DNA of 32,634 nucleotides from assembly GCA_003563465.1 (NCBI GenBank), contig PWVH01000014.1, positions 1 through 32,634 on the forward strand, given 5' to 3'. This document shows positions 29,736 through 32,634 of the stretch, in pieces; the first letter of the stretch is position 1; each line of letters starts with the position of its first letter. Source of the DNA: Coriobacteriaceae bacterium (GTDB lineage Bacteria > Actinomycetota > Coriobacteriia > Anaerosomatales > SLCP01). The notes under the pieces were generated by a model. The model was given only the letters and a program-made list of their open reading frames with translations, was not told the DNA's origin and did no database searches. The translations under genes were made by a program, and so were the position numbers.

Positions 29736-29831
29736 GACTGGTTGAGTCGGCTGGCGCCGATCGCGGAGTGCAAATCCGTTGGGCTCACCGCAGAGGTCAG
29801 CTGTTCGGTTCGATTCCGAAACCAGTCTCCA
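29736..29831 (+). tRNA. tRNASec-like tRNA with cysteine identity elements (anticodon GCA, discriminator U73, CCA encoded), in the position usually occupied by selC
   Basis: Hand fold: acceptor GACTGGT(T) / GA / D stem GTCGGC - loop TGGC - GCCGAT (6 bp, 4-nt loop) / C / anticodon stem GCGGA - loop GTGCAAA - TCCGT / 24-nt variable region with stem GCTCACC..GGTCAGC / T arm (T)TCGG-TTCGATT-CCGA(A) / ACCAGTC / T / CCA. The acceptor plus T branch totals 12 bp (7/5 or 8/4). Confidence 0.75.
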
Positions 29832-29953
29832 ACCTCTTGACAAGTCCGACTCCCTGATGCTCGCCGGTTCCTTTCGGCCATGCGCGCGTTCACTTAGTAA
29901 CCTCCCCCGCCTGAATCGAAAAGCACGCGCTGTCAGAGATTGGACATATGTTA

Positions 29954-29959
29954 TAGAAT
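29954..29959 (+). promoter_or_regulatory. Candidate -10 element (TAGAAT, extended TATAGAAT) upstream of yedE
   Basis: AT-rich patch at 29940-29975. A weak -35-like CTGTCA sits 18 nt upstream. Confidence 0.35.
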
Positions 29960-29979
29960 GCATAAGGCAATAGGATAGG

Positions 29980-29998
29980 AGTCCTTGTCCAGTCCTTG
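29980..29998 (+). promoter_or_regulatory. Direct repeat AGTCCTTG-N3-AGTCCTTG (11-nt period) in the yedE leader
   Basis: AGTCCTTG at 29980-29987 and 29991-29998, between the candidate -10 and the GGAGGAG RBS (30004-30010). Confidence 0.35.
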
Positions 29999-30014
29999 AG
30001 AACGGAGGAGTTCT

Positions 30015-31271
30015 ATGACCCAGCGTAGGGTAATCGGCCCCACGGCATGGATCGTGGGCGCAGCGGGCCTGTTCATCGGGGCCCTCGCTGGCTGGCTGGT
30101 CAGCCAGGGCAACCCCGGCAACATGGGCCTGTGCATCGCATGCTTCTGGCGCGACATCGCTGGGTTCTTCGTGGGAGGGGTCTCGAATCAAGCGGCCGTC
30201 GCGTACATCCGTCCCGAGATAATCGGGATCATCTTGGGGGCTCTGGGCGCCGCCATCGTGACCAAGGAGTACAAACCGCGTGGCGGCAGCGCGCCTCTGT
30301 TGCGTTTTGTGATGGGATTCATCTTCATGAGTTCGGCCCTGGTCTTCCTCGGCTGTACGGTACGTGCCTGGGTACGTCTGGGTGGCGGAGACCTCACGGC
30401 GCTCTGGGGGCTCCTCGGGATCGTCATCGGTGTCGGTGTCGGCATCGTCATTCTCAAGAGCGGCTATAACCTGGGTCGCGCTAAGGGCGCGCCCGCCTGG
30501 ACCGGGTGGATCGTCACCGGGATTGCGGTCATCTTGCTGGCGTTTGCGCTCTGGACGCAGTTCGGGACCAAGCCGGAGTTCGCTACGCTCACCCCGGCGA
30601 ATGCCAGGGCGGTCATCCCAGGTGAAGTCGTCGTGGCGCCCGCGCCCGACGGTGACGGTCTCACTGTACTGAGGCCTGCCGACGCAACCATTGTCGACGG
30701 CGCGGTCGTTGCAGCCGACGGAGAGGTGCTTGCGGATGCCGACAAAGTCGCATCCACTGGGCCGATGCCTGGCGGAAGGCGCGCACCTTTCTTCATTTCG
30801 CTCGCTGCTGGGCTGGCTATCGGTGTCGTCGCACAGCGCAGCCGTTTCTGCTCGGTCGGCGGCATCCGTGACGCGATTCTCATCAGGCGCTTCGACCTGC
30901 TGTTCGGAGTGATCGGGCTCGTGATCGGCGCGACCGTGGTCAACATGATTTTCGGTCAGTACAATCTTGGGTTCACGGGTCAGCCGGTGGCCCACAACGA
31001 CGCACTCGGTAACATCGCCGCGATGGTGATAGCCGCGTTGGCGGCCGTCATGCTCGGAGGTTGCCCGATGCGTCAGATGATTATGGGCGCCGAGGGTGAC
31101 GCCGACGGCGCCGCTGCGGTGGTCGGCATGGTGATCGGCGCAGGTTTCACCCACTGGGCTGGCTATGCGTCCTCGCCGGCGGGCTTGGCCGACAGGGCGT
31201 GGCCTGCACTCGGTGTCATGGCGGTCATTCTTGCGGCCATCGCGCTTGCGAAGCGTGCCAGGGCCGCATAG
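30015..31271 (+). CDS. yedE: YedE-family putative selenium/sulfur compound transporter (YeeE/YedE fold)
   Basis: Signature N-terminus GNPGNMGLCIACFWRDIAGFF, second-half motif RSRFCSVGGIRD, and about 10 TM segments. Confidence 0.88.
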   Translation: MTQRRVIGPTAWIVGAAGLFIGALAGWLVSQGNPGNMGLCIACFWRDIAGFFVGGVSNQAAVAYIRPEIIGIILGALGAAIVTKEYKPRGGSAPLLRFVMGFIFMSSALVFLGCTVRAWVRLGGGDLTALWGLLGIVIGVGVGIVILKSGYNLGRAKGAPAWTGWIVTGIAVILLAFALWTQFGTKPEFATLTPANARAVIPGEVVVAPAPDGDGLTVLRPADATIVDGAVVAADGEVLADADKVASTGPMPGGRRAPFFISLAAGLAIGVVAQRSRFCSVGGIRDAILIRRFDLLFGVIGLVIGATVVNMIFGQYNLGFTGQPVAHNDALGNIAAMVIAALAAVMLGGCPMRQMIMGAEGDADGAAAVVGMVIGAGFTHWAGYASSPAGLADRAWPALGVMAVILAAIALAKRARAA

Positions 31272-31288
31272 GGCGAAGGGAGAGAACG

Positions 31289-31498
31289 TTGAAGGAAGTC
31301 GATGCACTCGGACTCTCTTGTCCGATGCCGCTGATGCTTACCAAGAAGGCTCTCGAGGAGAACCCCGGCGAGATACTCGTACACGTTGACAGCGGGACGG
31401 CGAAGCAGAACGTCGTCGGCCTGCTCAGCGACTACGGTTTCACTGTGAGTGTCGAGCAGACCGGCGAGGAATACCGGATCAAAGGGATGCGTGCCTGA
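31289..31498 (+). CDS. TusA/SirA-like sulfur (selenium) carrier protein (YedF N-domain equivalent)
   Basis: LKEVDALGLSCPMPLMLTKKAL carries the CPxP motif of the TusA family. TTG start with GAAGGGAGAG upstream. 69 aa. Confidence 0.82.
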   Translation: MKEVDALGLSCPMPLMLTKKALEENPGEILVHVDSGTAKQNVVGLLSDYGFTVSVEQTGEEYRIKGMRA

Positions 31499-32052
31499 TG
31501 CTGTTCGGACGCAAGAAGAAACAGACGGAAGCCCCGGACGCCGAGGAGGCGTTCGGGCTCTTCCTCTTCGACGAAGTGCCTCACGCGCTTGCTGCCGAGC
31601 GTGCACTCAAAGCTGCGGGATACGACATCACGCTGGTGGCCCCGCCACCTCACCTGCGTGCCGGATGCGACCTCGCTGTCGCGCTCCCGCGGGTCGAGCA
31701 CGTGGGAGCCGAGCGCGTGCTTGTCGAGGCGGGCGTGCACTTCAAGGAGTGGGTGAACGACGTCGAAGGCATCTCTAAGATATGCGACCTCGTTACCACC
31801 GTGGACTTCGGCGAGTGGCTGATGGTGCGGTCCGGGAACATGAAGATCGTGATCGAGAAGGCGACTGGCACGATCGTGAACACCTCGGGCGGCGGGTGTC
31901 CGGACATCCCGTACTTGAATCTGGAGCTGGTGGGCGTGCCTCTCGAGGATGCTCCTCGGCCCAAGGAACTCGGCTACACGCTCTGCGGCCTCATGCTCGA
32001 TCGTGCCTACCTCGAAGTGAAAGCGCAGCTCGAGGGGGGTGCAACCGAATGA
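31498..32052 (+). CDS. DUF3343 (putative Se/S carrier-like) domain fused to an uncharacterised Cys-containing C-terminal domain
   Basis: The N-terminal FGLFLFDEVPHALAAERALKAAGYDITLVAPPPHLRAGCDLAV matches the DUF3343 pattern. The C-terminal roughly 110 aa carry GGGCPDIPY and TLCG. The ATG overlaps the tusA-like stop (TGATG). Confidence 0.65.
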   Translation: MLFGRKKKQTEAPDAEEAFGLFLFDEVPHALAAERALKAAGYDITLVAPPPHLRAGCDLAVALPRVEHVGAERVLVEAGVHFKEWVNDVEGISKICDLVTTVDFGEWLMVRSGNMKIVIEKATGTIVNTSGGGCPDIPYLNLELVGVPLEDAPRPKELGYTLCGLMLDRAYLEVKAQLEGGATE

Positions 32053-32634
32053 GCCTCCTCGTAGTCGCGACGTATCCGGTGAGCGGTGGTCCGGTGCTCG
32101 AAGGCGACGTGACCCTCGAGCCTGACGGCACGCTGCTGATACAGGGGGCACGCGTACCCGCGTCTCAGGGCACCTCGGCAATGCTTGGCGCGGCCTGTCA
32201 GGTGGCCGGCCACCTGGGAGTCAAACCGCCTCGGGCGATTGTCGGAGGCGACATCGGTCGCGGCGACGGGACGCGAGCCGTGTTCGCGCGCCTAGCCGAG
32301 GCATGTGCCACGCACCGACCGACCGTCATCGCTTTCCACTACATGCAGCCGATCATGGCGCTCATGAAGCACGCGGTCGAGGAACTCGCATCCTGCGCCG
32401 CCGATGCTACGTTGGTCGCCGACGCTGGGGGCATGTACGCCGCGAAGGCCGTAGGTCTTGCGCCACGGTTCGAGCTCATGACGCCGGACGTGGGTGAGGT
32501 CGGCTTCCTTGCCGATCCGTGCGTGACCCATCCTGCCTACGTATCGCATTATCTGTTTGGGACCAATGGCTTCGACCCTGTCGAGCTTGCGCGCAAGGCT
32601 ACGGAGACCGGCGGCTCCTCGCGCGTGCTGTTGA
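32049..32634 (+). CDS. Uncharacterised protein, 5' part only (runs off the window); weak resemblance to ribokinase-like / YjeF-C (NAD(P)HX dehydratase) folds
   Basis: Not in the supplied ORF track. ATG 32049 overlaps the upstream stop (ATGA). My translation gives 195 codons without a stop: MSLLVVATYPVSGGPVLEGDV...TLVADAGGMYAAKAVGLAPRFELMTPDVGEVGFLADP... GC3-rich codons match neighbouring genes. Confidence 0.6.
   Translation, partial: MSLLVVATYPVSGGPVLEGDVTLEPDGTLLIQGARVPASQGTSAMLGAACQVAGHLGVKPPRAIVGGDIGRGDGTRAVFARLAEACATHRPTVIAFHYMQPIMALMKHAVEELASCAADATLVADAGGMYAAKAVGLAPRFELMTPDVGEVGFLADPCVTHPAYVSHYLFGTNGFDPVELARKATETGGSSRVLL

Noticed and set aside
29730-31307. 525-aa minus-strand ORF opposite yedE
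   Set aside because: A typical high-GC antisense shadow ORF (Arg/Asp/Pro/Gly-rich, no recognisable motifs). The plus strand carries an unmistakable YedE signature, and the ORF would also run through the tRNA.

Overview
This is a high-GC, gene-dense bacterial window. The order mfd - parvulin PPIase - mazG - eno - (methyltransferase, pyk) - ftsB/divIC-like - DUF501 - ppx is the conserved Actinobacteria (Actinomycetota) neighbourhood. The selenium genes suggest an anaerobic lineage such as Coriobacteriia, but that is a guess. About two thirds of the window is ordinary housekeeping: trkH fragment, threonine aldolase, PQQ sugar dehydrogenase, nth, mfd, mazG, eno, pyk, ppx and tRNA-Leu(UAA). The part worth attention is selenium biology. 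(1) A selenocysteine-decoding locus lies at about 24.7-29.8 kb. It holds selD (itself a selenoprotein, with an in-frame TGA that truncates it in the ORF track), a DsrE-like YedF C-domain protein, selA and selB. In the slot where selC normally sits there is a tRNA with a tRNASec-type fold (6-bp D stem with 4-nt loop, long variable arm) but cysteine identity marks (anticodon GCA, discriminator U73). (2) A tightly coupled operon follows: yedE - tusA-like - DUF3343 fusion - an ORF that runs off the window end and is missing from the ORF track. This is probably a Se/S uptake and carrier module. (3) At 1.6-2.9 kb, two ORF-track entries are really one TlpA/ResA-like lipoprotein with a W-U-x-x-C redox motif (in-frame TGA plus a downstream hairpin), paired with CcdA. 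An accessory-looking block follows tRNA-Leu (corrinoid-binding protein, TPR protein, GH-A/GH42-like hydrolase), and there are several small tandem repeats. All calls come from reading motifs by eye; no database search or covariance model was run. The many long antisense ORFs are high-GC shadow ORFs.
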